Assembly: GCA_050951325.1 (NCBI GenBank)
Contig: JBMNIW010000012.1
Coordinates: 384,001-448,000, forward strand
Length of the DNA stretch: 64,000 nt
DNA from: Clostridia bacterium
Lineage (GTDB): Bacteria > Bacillota > Clostridia > UBA1212 > DUPL01
Reading direction: 5' to 3'
Positions within the stretch are counted from its first letter, which is position 1. The number at the start of each line of letters is the position of its first letter. This document shows positions 41,312-51,107 of this stretch, one piece after another. Made by a program: the position numbers and the translations under genes. Below the pieces are notes generated by a model, which did not search any database, was not told where the DNA came from, and saw only the letters and a program-made list of their open reading frames with translations.

Positions 41312-42892
41312 ATGGCAGCGAGAAAATCAAGAAGCCTTTATTCAACTAAAAATATCATAACGGGTATTGGTGGACAGATAATAAATATTGTGTTGGGTTT
41401 TGTTGCCCGAACCTTTTTTATTAATGCTTTGGGACAGGAATACCTGGGTGTAAGCAGTTTGTTTACCACCATTCTTACCATGCTTAACATTTCAGAGCTT
41501 GGTATTTCCACTGCCATTGTTTTCAGTCTGTACAAACCATTGGCAGAAAAGGATTATGAAAAATGTCAGATACTTTTAAAACTGCTAAAGAAAATATATG
41601 CGGTCATCGGAATTGTTGTTCTAGGTATAGGGCTTTCCATAATGCCCTTCCTACCATATATAATCAAGGGGAATACCGAAGTTGCAAATATTAAAGTAAT
41701 CTACATTATTTACCTTTTGCAGTCTGCTTTGTCGTACTGGTTTTATTCCTATAAAAACACTATTCTTCAGGCAGACCAGAGGCAGTACGTTGCAACACTG
41801 GTAGGTTATTTCATAACCTTGTCTGTGCATCTACTTCAAATTTCGGTACTGCTCTTGGTGCAGTATACAAATCTGATAAAAGCACAGACGGGTTTTGTAG
41901 TCTATCTTATTGTTAATCTTGTTTTTGTGGTTGTGAAGAATATTGTCATCTCAAAAAGAGTGGACAAACTGTACCCGCACTTGTCTGACCGAGAGCTGGC
42001 CAGACAAACACAGGAACTCAATGAGGAGGAAAAACGCAGTATTTTCAAGAATGTCATTGGGCTTGCCTGTTACAAGATAAGCAATGTTACTCTTTCTTCT
42101 GCTGACAGTATCATTATCTCCAGCTATATTAATGTGGCAGCGGTTGGTATATACTCAAACTATGTATTAATCCTTAATATAGTCATTACCCTTGTTGGTA
42201 TTGTTTTTGGCGCTTTTACCGCAGGTATTGGAAATCTGTATGTAACAGAGTCCAAAGAAAAGAGTGAGTTTATTTTCAGATGTTTAAACCTATTAAATTT
42301 TTGGGTATATGGTGCATGCGGTATTTGTTTCTTTTATCTTGTGAATCCGTTTATCAGGTTGTGGGTGGGAGAAGATTACCTGTTCCCCATAGCTGTTGTT
42401 GTTGTCATTGTGGCAAATTTTTTGACCGACGGTCTTCAAAATGCGGTCATATCATATAAGGACGCCTGCGGCTTGTTTTGGGAGGGTAAGTTCAGACCTA
42501 TTGCTTCCGCCTTGCTGAACGTTGTTGTCTCACTTATCATGGTCAGGTATCTGGGTATTGCTGGTGTAATTCTAGGTACAATTATTAGCAGATTCCTGAC
42601 AACATGGTGGTTTGATGCTTTGCTTGTCCATAAAAGAGCTTTCAATAAATCGCCAGCAGGTTACTATTTCAGATACCTTAGGTATCTGGCAATTATCGTT
42701 GCAACGGCTTTGATAGTTTATCCTGTTGCAAACATGATTGAGGTAACCAATCTGATTTTATGGATGGTAAAAGGAATAGTATGTTTTTTTATCCCTAACG
42801 TGGTTTTCCTGACAATCTTTAGAAACACCGAAGAATTTCGATATATTAAGTTGATCGGGAAGGATTTGCTCACACATATTTTTAAGCGTTAA
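41312..42892 (+). CDS. Polysaccharide flippase (Wzx-like)
   Basis: Many TM segments; ELGISTAIVFSLYKPLA; last gene of the glycosyltransferase operon. Confidence 0.85.
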   Translation: MAARKSRSLYSTKNIITGIGGQIINIVLGFVARTFFINALGQEYLGVSSLFTTILTMLNISELGISTAIVFSLYKPLAEKDYEKCQILLKLLKKIYAVIGIVVLGIGLSIMPFLPYIIKGNTEVANIKVIYIIYLLQSALSYWFYSYKNTILQADQRQYVATLVGYFITLSVHLLQISVLLLVQYTNLIKAQTGFVVYLIVNLVFVVVKNIVISKRVDKLYPHLSDRELARQTQELNEEEKRSIFKNVIGLACYKISNVTLSSADSIIISSYINVAAVGIYSNYVLILNIVITLVGIVFGAFTAGIGNLYVTESKEKSEFIFRCLNLLNFWVYGACGICFFYLVNPFIRLWVGEDYLFPIAVVVVIVANFLTDGLQNAVISYKDACGLFWEGKFRPIASALLNVVVSLIMVRYLGIAGVILGTIISRFLTTWWFDALLVHKRAFNKSPAGYYFRYLRYLAIIVATALIVYPVANMIEVTNLILWMVKGIVCFFIPNVVFLTIFRNTEEFRYIKLIGKDLLTHIFKR

Positions 42893-42986
42893 CTGCCTCA
42901 TGTTCCCTGTGGGAACAATTTTGCCCTTTATAAATGTTAAAATCATGTAGTTTATAATATTTAGCTGGACACAAGGGGGCAAAAGT

Positions 42987-43301
42987 GTGAGCAATCATTA
43001 TCCAATGAACATCTGTGGCAATTTAATAAAACATGCCCGGAATGCTGCGAATATGACGCAGGAACAATTGGCAGCAAAGCTTCAACTTGATGGTATAATG
43101 CTCTCGCGTGTTCAAATAAGCAAGATCGAGAAAGGATACAGGTACATAACGGATCAAGAACTTGCTGGTTTCGTAAGAATTTTGGGTAAGAACCTTTTAC
43201 AGGAGTTTTGGAACGAGATTAACAAGGGAGGAGACGGGCAGATTTACCGCAGCAGGGATAAGAAAGCTTCAAGCGTTGCTGAGAATGACAAGTTTGAGTA
43301 A
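42987..43301 (+). CDS. XRE family HTH regulator
   Basis: MTQEQLAAKL...ISKIEKG.R.ITD.EL. Confidence 0.85.
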   Translation: MSNHYPMNICGNLIKHARNAANMTQEQLAAKLQLDGIMLSRVQISKIEKGYRYITDQELAGFVRILGKNLLQEFWNEINKGGDGQIYRSRDKKASSVAENDKFE

Positions 43302-43319
43302 TCATGGAGGTTTTTATCA

Positions 43320-44102
43320 ATGCAAAATTCTGGTGTTACCAAACCGCTAAATATTATAATCGCGCTACCAGAATCAGATTTTTTTAAAGAGTTTGTATCA
43401 TATATAATCTCGCATCATACTATTAAAAACCTAGGTTTCGCAGAAAAACTCAAAGAAGCTTTCCCCATGGCAGTAGAACTAGATTCTGATTTAGTAATAA
43501 TCGACGACTCGTTTATTGAGGTGGATTGCAGGCAACTTAAAAATGAAATTGAAAGAGCAGAATACAATGGAACAACCATTGTTTTTGCAGGCAGTGACAT
43601 ATATAAATGCAAGGATATTGGGAAATATGAGAATGTTTTTTTCGTAGACAAGACGTTAAACAAAGAAGAGGTAATAAAGCACATCAATTTGGTTATACAG
43701 CATGGCATGACGGATGTGGAGACAAAATCAAAGATCTCCATATTTGACCATGCGGAGTTTCCAATTGAAATGTACAGGCAGGCAACAAAACTTCTTGTCA
43801 ATTGTGGCTTTAATCCGAAGCACAAGGGTTTTTTATACTTGCGTGACGCATCTATTATGACACTGCTTGAAATAAGGGGAGGAAGTCTTTCCAAGGATAT
43901 TTATCCTGTTATTGCAAACAGGTACAATGTAAGCGATGAAAGTGTGGAAAGGGCAATTAGGCATGCTGTGTCCAAGGTTTGGCAAACGAACCGCCTGGAA
44001 CCCTTGTCCAAGTTTGGAATTAAGTATCGGTTTGATGACAGACCAACAAATTCAGTTATTATATCCTGTTTTACAGATATTCTACGGGAACTCAACGGAT
44101 AA
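43320..44102 (+). CDS. Spo0A C-terminal domain protein with degenerate receiver domain
   Basis: KGFLYLRDA, IYPVIA, SVERAIRHAV, RPTNS. Confidence 0.8.
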   Translation: MQNSGVTKPLNIIIALPESDFFKEFVSYIISHHTIKNLGFAEKLKEAFPMAVELDSDLVIIDDSFIEVDCRQLKNEIERAEYNGTTIVFAGSDIYKCKDIGKYENVFFVDKTLNKEEVIKHINLVIQHGMTDVETKSKISIFDHAEFPIEMYRQATKLLVNCGFNPKHKGFLYLRDASIMTLLEIRGGSLSKDIYPVIANRYNVSDESVERAIRHAVSKVWQTNRLEPLSKFGIKYRFDDRPTNSVIISCFTDILRELNG

Positions 44103-44106
44103 TTAC

Positions 44107-44868
44107 TTAAATCATATTCAGTCTTATTGCGTCGGATAAAAGTGAAATGAATTCCACATTTGTGGGGGATTGATTGGTGTTTATTGTGAAGCCTAGAGCT
44201 TCTTTTAGATTTTCGAAATTACATGAATTCCATATGGATTGTATGGCGGTTTGTATTGAATGTTCAACACTGCGGTTGGATACTCCGAATTGTTCGGCTA
44301 TTTGAGAATAAAGTATTTTTGTAACGGAGAACAGCTTTTCGCTATCTTGTGCAACAAGTATAAGTGCATGACGTAGATAATGAAAACCTTTGAAATTGGG
44401 GGGAAGTCCTAGGGTGTAAAGAACTTTTGTGACTTTCACTTCCAGACATCTGCTTGTAAAATCGCAGTCGTCTATGCATATAGGGTCTTGTTTGCTAGTT
44501 AAATATGTATATATCTTTTCTATCAAACCGGCAGGGTCGGCTGGTTTTTCCAAAATCAAATCAGCCGAGTATCTATATGCTAGCTGCCAGTATATGTCGT
44601 TCTGTTTTTCACAGTACATTATAATAAACGGTCGATCTTCAATTTGAGCCGATATTTGCCTTAGAATATCAAGCCCGCATACTCCTGTCAGGGCTGAATC
44701 CAAAACAAGAAAATCGGGTTTGTATTTCCTTACCAGTGATAAAACCTTTTCCCCAGAACTAACACAAGCGACAACTTTTAACACATTTTCAGCCATTATC
44801 CTTCTTAAAAACTCAGCTGTCGTTCCAAGGTGTGTGTAAGCAATTATTATCTTTGCATCTATTGACAT
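44107..44868 (-). CDS. Spo0A-like response regulator, diverged
   Basis: KPDFLVLD receiver; LGLPPNFKGFHYLRHA, SVEHSIQTAI, PTNVEFISLLSDAIRL. Confidence 0.82.
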   Translation of the reverse strand: MSIDAKIIIAYTHLGTTAEFLRRIMAENVLKVVACVSSGEKVLSLVRKYKPDFLVLDSALTGVCGLDILRQISAQIEDRPFIIMYCEKQNDIYWQLAYRYSADLILEKPADPAGLIEKIYTYLTSKQDPICIDDCDFTSRCLEVKVTKVLYTLGLPPNFKGFHYLRHALILVAQDSEKLFSVTKILYSQIAEQFGVSNRSVEHSIQTAIQSIWNSCNFENLKEALGFTINTNQSPTNVEFISLLSDAIRLNMI

Positions 44869-44885
44869 CGTATCAATCCTTTCAT

Positions 44886-45752
44886 CTAGTGTTCATGAAG
44901 AATTCTATACAATTCGCTTACCAACGCATCAACAAAACAGTAGGTTGAAGGCAGGTTGTTTATATGTTCATCATTGCCAATTTCAGTAATGGTATACTTT
45001 CTGAAGCCCAGCTGTTGCAGAACGTCAGCATCTCCTTTTTGAAGCGTCTGCAGAACAGCAAGTCTCATGCCTTTGCTTATTCTTATTTGTGTTGTTTGAA
45101 ACTTAAAAGATAATATTTTGTACATGGAATGTTTGAGTTCATTGTATCTGTGGGGGTTGACATACAGCATTTCTACTGCAGCCTTAAGATACATGTAACC
45201 TTTCAGGTGTGTGGGAACACCTAGCAATTTAAATAGATACGTAATACCGTCTTGTATTCTTTTGATTTCATCGAGTTTTACAGGTTCGTTTACGTCACAA
45301 ACACAGCTTGTGTTATGTCTGTCATTCAACAGGTAGTCCATGTATAATGAATAATTGTCCAGCTTTGTATCAATTTGTCTTGGTATTGTTTTTGTCTGTC
45401 CATTGCCTTGGATTATTTGAGTAAGATTAAAGCATTTTGTAAGCTTGTACAGATATGCGTCAAAGCCTGTTTCACTCTTCCTGTTCTCGTGAAATTCAAT
45501 TATGTATGTATCCAAATTGTGGTCATGAGCATTCTGAATAATCTCATTAAGACCATGATAAAACAAAGCACAATCCACAACCAACACATCGGTGTGCTGT
45601 ACTTCCATTAGCTTTAGAACACTGTCTACATCATTAAAAACACCTGTAATCGATATGTTTTTTATGTACGACAGAAGTTTATGAAGCTCGCTATAGTATT
45701 GTGCGCTATTAACATCTAGTGCAATTACCAAACTTAAATTGTCTTTCTCCAA
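44886..45752 (-). CDS. Spo0A C-terminal domain protein, strongly diverged
   Basis: LGVPTHLKGYMYLKAAV; receiver remnant DVLVVD. Confidence 0.72.
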   Translation of the reverse strand: MEKDNLSLVIALDVNSAQYYSELHKLLSYIKNISITGVFNDVDSVLKLMEVQHTDVLVVDCALFYHGLNEIIQNAHDHNLDTYIIEFHENRKSETGFDAYLYKLTKCFNLTQIIQGNGQTKTIPRQIDTKLDNYSLYMDYLLNDRHNTSCVCDVNEPVKLDEIKRIQDGITYLFKLLGVPTHLKGYMYLKAAVEMLYVNPHRYNELKHSMYKILSFKFQTTQIRISKGMRLAVLQTLQKGDADVLQQLGFRKYTITEIGNDEHINNLPSTYCFVDALVSELYRILHEH

Positions 45753-45768
45753 AGAAACCCTCCTTCCT

Positions 45769-46566
45769 CTAAGAGTGTCCTGAATACTTGAGGCTAAGTT
45801 TGTCTGCTATCAGTGCAATAAACTCTGAATTTGTAGCCCGTCCCTTGTTGATATTTATTGTATATGCAAAAAGCTCGTTTAACAAGTCCGTTCTTCCACG
45901 CTCCCATGCAATATCCAGAGCATTTCGCATAGCTTTTTCAACACTCGCAGCGCTCTTTCCATATTTCCTTGCTATGACCGGGTAAACGGTCTTGCTTAAT
46001 TTGGTTGCCAGAGTTCTGTCATGTACAACCATCAGTATGGCTTCCCGCAAATAGTTGTGTCCAAAGAGATGTGCAGGTATTCCCAATTGGTGTAGAATCT
46101 TTGTTATTTCTTCAGAGAGTTCCTTACTATCAAACAAAAGGGATGTTACTCCTTGCGTTTTTAAACCGCTTGGTAAGCTTGTTCGGGTTCCTCTCGTAAG
46201 AAACCTTATTTGTTCAAATAAGAAATCAAAGTTTACAGGTTTTAGCAAGTAGTAATCCGCACCCAGAGACATTGCTGTTTGGACATAAATGTCTTGTGAA
46301 AAGTTTGAAGTCATGATGGTTATTGGTTTGTTGTAAGTCTGGTGCTGCAACCTTCTTAATACACCGAGCCCATCTACCACAGGTAATAAGGCGTCCAATA
46401 TCAATACATCCGGATCATTTCTTTTTACTGATGGTATAACATCTTGTCCACTGTTAACGTAGTCAACAACGGAAACACCTATCTCTCCTTTCGCATATTC
46501 ACAAAAAGTGTTAATAAAATTTGTATCACTATCAGCTATTACAATCTCAATAACTTTTTCATACAC
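45769..46566 (-). CDS. Spo0A-like response regulator (closest of the four to canonical Spo0A)
   Basis: PDVLILD.LLP.VDGL, LLKP; LGIPAHL.G..YLREAI, TNSEFIALIADKL; recognition helix altered. Confidence 0.85.
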   Translation of the reverse strand: MYEKVIEIVIADSDTNFINTFCEYAKGEIGVSVVDYVNSGQDVIPSVKRNDPDVLILDALLPVVDGLGVLRRLQHQTYNKPITIMTSNFSQDIYVQTAMSLGADYYLLKPVNFDFLFEQIRFLTRGTRTSLPSGLKTQGVTSLLFDSKELSEEITKILHQLGIPAHLFGHNYLREAILMVVHDRTLATKLSKTVYPVIARKYGKSAASVEKAMRNALDIAWERGRTDLLNELFAYTININKGRATNSEFIALIADKLSLKYSGHS

Positions 46567-46781
46567 TCAAATCACCTTTTATCCTTTGTAAGTGCTCAGT
46601 GTTACAAATGTTATTGCGAATATGTAATATATGGTAATACAAAGTGAGCTGATAACTATAATAACATTAATTTTCAAATTTGTGAATAGGTAAATCATAA
46701 AAACTTCAAACTTTTTTTAATTTTAATGTAATTCATGTAATAAATTATGAATTCGTTCAGCCATAATGGAAGCATTTTTTC

Positions 46782-46810
46782 TTGACAAAAAGTAATAATA
46801 AGAGTATTAT
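46782..46810 (+). promoter_or_regulatory. Sigma-A type promoter of tRNA-Arg
   Basis: TTGACA, 17 nt, TATTAT. Confidence 0.7.
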
Positions 46811-46823
46811 TATATAGTGCGAT

Positions 46824-46900
46824 GTGCCCATAGCTCAACTGGATAGAGCGTTTGGCTACGGACCAAAAGGTTGTGGGTTCAATTCCTGCTGGGCACGCCA
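46824..46900 (+). tRNA. tRNA-Arg(ACG)
   Basis: Cloverleaf: GTGCCCA/TGGGCAC acceptor stem, TTTGG-CTACGGA-CCAAA anticodon arm, TTCAA T-loop, encoded CCA. Confidence 0.97.
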
Positions 46901-46905
46901 TCAAT

Positions 46906-46946
46906 AAAAGCCACTAATTTCAACAAATTAGTGGCTTTTCCTTTTT
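46906..46946 (+). terminator. Terminator after tRNA
   Basis: AAAAGCCACTAATTT / AAATTAGTGGCTTTT perfect 15-bp stem. Confidence 0.85.
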
Positions 46947-47008
46947 AATTCGCAAGTTTTATTCTCATTACATATCATAGTACCAGACGTATTAAGGATG
47001 GTGCTTGT

Positions 47009-47995
47009 ATGTCTTATGAATTAAGAGACGTAAAAATTCATGTGCTGGAAAATGCACAATATTATATGAACATCGGCTATGCCGGTTATAGAGTTACCTC
47101 GGACTTTTTGCCAAAGAGAGATCATCCGGTTACCGGTGAAATCATTGAACACCTAGGGGTGGATATGACAGGAGCCTATGGATGGAATGCTCTTGACTGG
47201 GTTGTCGCCCCGTGGAGTGGAAAAATCGTATCAATAGAAAAAGATGTAACCCTTAGCGCAGGCGCAGGAGAAGAAACCCAGGAAGAGCGTGCAAAAAAGA
47301 TACGTGAATTGGGTATAGGCAGCGGTAACTATGTTAGACTTAGGCATAACGATAGAGTGGAAACAAGAATGATACACTTGGCGTATGGCACAGTGACGTC
47401 AAAAGGAGTCGGAGATATTGTTAAAAAAGGAGAAAGGCTCGGCTATATGGGAATGACGGGCATGGCAGTGGGGGCTCATCTGCATTTTGAAGTTATTATG
47501 GATGGAAAGCACGTAGACCCAATACCATACTTGCTCGGTGAAATAAATGTTGTTTCCGATTATGAAAACCAAGGAGGTGCATACATGGGCTATATTAAGC
47601 TTACAAAGGAATTAAAATACGGTGATAAAGGTGAGGACGTAATGCTTCTACAGCTGAGGCTCTGCCAGCTTTCTGCAGAAATTGAAGCGGAAATGAAGAG
47701 TCATTCATTTAAGAGCGACGGCTCTCCCGATGGTGGTTTTGGAACGGGTACACAGAATACACTTAAAAAAGTGCAAAAACTGGCGGGTTTATCTGAAACG
47801 GGCAGGCTTGACAAGCAAACAATGGATTTCCTCAATTCAGATTTTATTACCTTGTACAAAGGCTTAAACGACAAATCAAAAGAAGTTGACACACTTTCAA
47901 AAACTGTCACAAAACTGCAGTCGGATTATAACAACCTGAGCCAACAAGTTGACCAAGTCAAGAATGCGTTGGGTATAATTAAGAATTTTGCATGA
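47009..47995 (+). CDS. M23 family peptidase with peptidoglycan-binding domain and coiled-coil tail
   Basis: HLGVD, HL, GAHLHFEV; LKYGDKGEDV..LQ..L, DGGFG..T. Confidence 0.88.
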   Translation: MSYELRDVKIHVLENAQYYMNIGYAGYRVTSDFLPKRDHPVTGEIIEHLGVDMTGAYGWNALDWVVAPWSGKIVSIEKDVTLSAGAGEETQEERAKKIRELGIGSGNYVRLRHNDRVETRMIHLAYGTVTSKGVGDIVKKGERLGYMGMTGMAVGAHLHFEVIMDGKHVDPIPYLLGEINVVSDYENQGGAYMGYIKLTKELKYGDKGEDVMLLQLRLCQLSAEIEAEMKSHSFKSDGSPDGGFGTGTQNTLKKVQKLAGLSETGRLDKQTMDFLNSDFITLYKGLNDKSKEVDTLSKTVTKLQSDYNNLSQQVDQVKNALGIIKNFA

Positions 47996-48006
47996 GATAA
48001 ATATAC

Positions 48007-48040
48007 GACCGGAGTTATCATATACTCCGGTCTAGTTTTT
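48007..48040 (+). terminator. Rho-independent terminator
   Basis: GACCGGAGT / ACTCCGGTC followed by a T run. Confidence 0.7.
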
Positions 48041-48087
48041 GTATTTTACAGACATTTACATATTTCATACATTTACCATGTTAAGTT

Positions 48088-48104
48088 TGTAAAGCATGTG
48101 TTAA
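48088..48104 (+). promoter_or_regulatory. Possible WalR/YycF box
   Basis: TGTAAA-GCATG-TGTTAA matches TGTWAH-N5-TGTWAH; upstream of a cell wall hydrolase-like gene. Confidence 0.4.
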
Positions 48105-48149
48105 AATGTAAAAGCAGTCACAAAAAATTAATAAATTTGGGAGGTTGTT

Positions 48150-49124
48150 ATGAAAAAAACAGCAAAACTAATTGCGTTAGTAATGATAATATCAACAGTT
48201 CTTATGAACTTTAGTTTTGCAGCGGGAGAAAGCAGCAGTGCGGGAGTTGTCGCTACCAAGTCAACGGCACTTAATATTAGAAGCGGTCCTGGTACAGGGC
48301 ACAAAATTATAGGGAAATTGCAAAAAGGCAGTTACATAACATTGCAAAACGAGTCAAACGGTTGGTGGAGAATAGAGTATGCTGATGGAAAAGAAGGTTA
48401 CGTATCAAGCGATTACATAAATGAAGTAAAAGAATCAAAAGCATATTTGGTAAACACTCAATCGACAAGATTGAATGTAAGAAAAGGCCCTGGCACCAAT
48501 TACGGAATAATTGGAAAGCTTAACAAAGGAGACTACGTGGTGGTTTTGTCTTTATCCAACGGCTGGGCAAAAGTACTTTTTGACGGAACAAAACAAGGCT
48601 ATGTAAGCTTTGCATATTTGGCACAAAACAGTACAACAAAAAGTCACGAGTATCCTGCAATAAGCCTGAATATAAACAGGATGGCTCAGGGAGATATTAG
48701 ATGGGCAAATGTGAAACTTGGGATAAGTGGAAAGACCATAGGAAGTATTGGCTGTCTGACTACGGCTGTTGCCATGGCAGAGTCCTACAGGCAGGGTAGA
48801 ACAATAACGCCAGATGTAATGTCCAGAAATTTGAGATACACAGCATCAGGTGCAATGTACTGGCCTTCTAATTACATAAACTCATATACCACAAACTATC
48901 TGTCTGCGATATACAATCTGCTCAAGCAGGGAAAACCCGTTTTGGTCGGAGCAAGGACTTACAGCGGCGGTCAGCACTGGGTTCTTGTAACGGGCTTTAA
49001 AGGTGGAAACAGTTTGAGTGCTTCCAATTTCACTATTGCAGATCCAGGCACAGCAAATCGCTCCACTTTGTCAGAATTCTTCGCTGCATATCCGGTTTAC
49101 TACAAAATTGCATACTATGCATAA
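48150..49124 (+). CDS. Secreted protein with two SH3b domains and a C39-like cysteine peptidase domain
   Basis: LNIRSGPGT and LNVRKGPGT repeats; Q.D.RW, GC, GQHWV, ADP. Confidence 0.85.
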   Translation: MKKTAKLIALVMIISTVLMNFSFAAGESSSAGVVATKSTALNIRSGPGTGHKIIGKLQKGSYITLQNESNGWWRIEYADGKEGYVSSDYINEVKESKAYLVNTQSTRLNVRKGPGTNYGIIGKLNKGDYVVVLSLSNGWAKVLFDGTKQGYVSFAYLAQNSTTKSHEYPAISLNINRMAQGDIRWANVKLGISGKTIGSIGCLTTAVAMAESYRQGRTITPDVMSRNLRYTASGAMYWPSNYINSYTTNYLSAIYNLLKQGKPVLVGARTYSGGQHWVLVTGFKGGNSLSASNFTIADPGTANRSTLSEFFAAYPVYYKIAYYA

Positions 49125-49144
49125 AAGAAAAGTATTGGAAAGAG

Positions 49145-49169
49145 AAAAGGACGCTAGAGCGTCCTTTTT
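49145..49169. terminator. Bidirectional terminator
   Basis: AAAAGGACGCT-AG-AGCGTCCTTTT between convergent genes. Confidence 0.8.
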
Positions 49170-49196
49170 AACCATCCTGGTATAGGGTTTGTATTT

Positions 49197-51107
49197 TCAA
49201 TCGTGTACCCTGTTATTATGCAAATCGTTATTAGACTTGCTCAAAACATTAAATACAAATGTGACTCTTTCAAAATCATCCATACGGCATACAACCAAAC
49301 CTGCCTCAGGGTAGTAAACGTACAGGTAATCTCCAATATATAATCCTCTTGCAACATTCGAACTGTCCCGATTTATCTTGACAAGATCATCTATGTTGAT
49401 GACTGCAGCAAGACCGAATCCTTCATTTTCATCATAAGTAAAGACAAGGTAATCAGTCTCTGCAGAAAACCCAATAATATTTCTATTGGGTGCAACCAAT
49501 AAGGCCTTGTGACTATCCAAAGCAGAAGAATAACGGTATTTGCTGTCCAAAATGAACTTGTGCTTTTCAAATACTTTAGTTTTGTCGGATACGTCAAACA
49601 TTGATAACTTGATAGTCACAGTGTCCCTTCCCAGTCCAAAAAGCAGGTTTTCTCCGTATGGATGAAGATAGCTTGAATATCCTGGAATGTCAAGTGCGCT
49701 CATTATTGTCGGATTTTCAGGGTCGCTTAGGTCTACTGTGAAAAGAGGATCATAGAATTTGTAATTTATCATTTTTGCGGTAACAAAGTAGCCGATGTCA
49801 CCGTTAAAACGTACTGAAAAGTTTGATTCACCTTTTGCAAGACCTTCAAGTCGTCCGATAATTTTTAATTTATCATCCAACACAAACAGATTGCTGCCTT
49901 CATTGTCTGATTGTGTTACTATTCTGAAATATCCATCATATTCATCCATCGAGAACTGGTTTAGAATTCTTCCAGGAACGCTGCCAACATTCTCAACATC
50001 TACTACCCCCTTGTCAAGTGACAGTCGGAGGAGTCTTGTTGTATCCTTTAAATCCTTTCTTGTAACAGAAGCTACATATATGTTTTCAAGATTAGCGTAT
50101 ACGTTATCTCCGGATCCAAACACTGCTTTGGATGATATGTGCTCCTCCGGATTCTGAGTGTCGATACCTGTTACAACCAGGTATCTATACTGTTTGGGAT
50201 ACGGAATCATGCTTATATCAGAAGGATCCATCAGAGTTTTTTCGCCTTTATTGTTCTGAAAATTTATAAGGTAAGGAATGAATGTGTTAGGATCTTTCGT
50301 ATAGTTTTCATCAAATACGAAGTTTGTCAGAAGGTACAAGGTGTCTCCTATCATCCTTGATGACAGGCAGTACCCGCCCTGACCCAAACCGTTTATATAT
50401 TTTGGCTTCGTTTTGTCTGAAATATCGTATATGTCTACCCTTGTTTCTTCACCGCATACAGTACTACGGATAATTACAATTCTATTGTTTGTTACATACA
50501 TCTCCCACGGATAATATTTCATATCCCTAATATCATCATCGTAGAATTTTATGGTTGATACTACTTTTGTATCATCTCCTTCCGCTTTGTAGATTATAAC
50601 ATTCCTATAAGCTTTGGATATGGTATAAATGTACTCTCCGTCAGTTTTCATGATATCTGCTTCCTGGACTCCACTAACCTGTATGTTGGTATCGGAGTAG
50701 TTTTGATTTATTGCCAAATTAATATCATTTGCAGGCACATCTCCTGATATTAGAAGGACGTCTTTCCTGGCAAAGGGACCCTTAAGAACATCAAAAAAAC
50801 GGTCAATGAATTTGTCCAGATCTCCTCTTTTCATTGCCTGCGCAACAGTATATATTTGATTGTAGCTATTAGCAGACAGTACAAAATCCTTGTTAACATT
50901 AAGTCGATACGATATAGAAATGAATGAGAATATAATCAGCAAACAAGCAGCCACAGCTCCCATCTTATCAAGTAAGCTGCGCTTTATTCTCTTGTACTTT
51001 ATTTTAACCTTTCTTCTGTTTAATTTTAGTATATTGTCAATCAATTCAGGGTCGGGCTTGATTTGTTCATTGCATTGTTTATAATCCTCCCTAAACATCA
51101 AAATCAA
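49197..51107 (-). CDS. Secreted beta-propeller domain protein with N-terminal TM, probable anti-sigma factor
   Basis: TNIQVSGVQEADIMKTDG, LNQFSMDEY, DPLFTVDL, IPGYSSYLHP; overlaps the upstream ECF gene. Confidence 0.82.
   Translation of the reverse strand: MILMFREDYKQCNEQIKPDPELIDNILKLNRRKVKIKYKRIKRSLLDKMGAVAACLLIIFSFISISYRLNVNKDFVLSANSYNQIYTVAQAMKRGDLDKFIDRFFDVLKGPFARKDVLLISGDVPANDINLAINQNYSDTNIQVSGVQEADIMKTDGEYIYTISKAYRNVIIYKAEGDDTKVVSTIKFYDDDIRDMKYYPWEMYVTNNRIVIIRSTVCGEETRVDIYDISDKTKPKYINGLGQGGYCLSSRMIGDTLYLLTNFVFDENYTKDPNTFIPYLINFQNNKGEKTLMDPSDISMIPYPKQYRYLVVTGIDTQNPEEHISSKAVFGSGDNVYANLENIYVASVTRKDLKDTTRLLRLSLDKGVVDVENVGSVPGRILNQFSMDEYDGYFRIVTQSDNEGSNLFVLDDKLKIIGRLEGLAKGESNFSVRFNGDIGYFVTAKMINYKFYDPLFTVDLSDPENPTIMSALDIPGYSSYLHPYGENLLFGLGRDTVTIKLSMFDVSDKTKVFEKHKFILDSKYRYSSALDSHKALLVAPNRNIIGFSAETDYLVFTYDENEGFGLAAVINIDDLVKINRDSSNVARGLYIGDYLYVYYPEAGLVVCRMDDFERVTFVFNVLSKSNNDLHNNRVHD

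Noticed and set aside
42901-42917. Palindrome TGTTCCC-TGT-GGGAACA between the flippase and XRE genes
   Set aside because: Cannot distinguish a weak terminator from an operator, and there is only one copy.
45769-46566. Calling this gene the canonical spo0A
   Set aside because: The recognition helix departs from SRVERAIRHAIE and spoIVB synteny is absent, so no symbol was assigned.
46695-46904. 69-aa minus-strand ORF (MMACPAGIEPTTF...)
   Set aside because: It is the antisense shadow of tRNA-Arg.
46824-49124. Prophage integrated at tRNA-Arg
   Set aside because: No integrase or structural genes, and I saw no duplicated tRNA 3' end.
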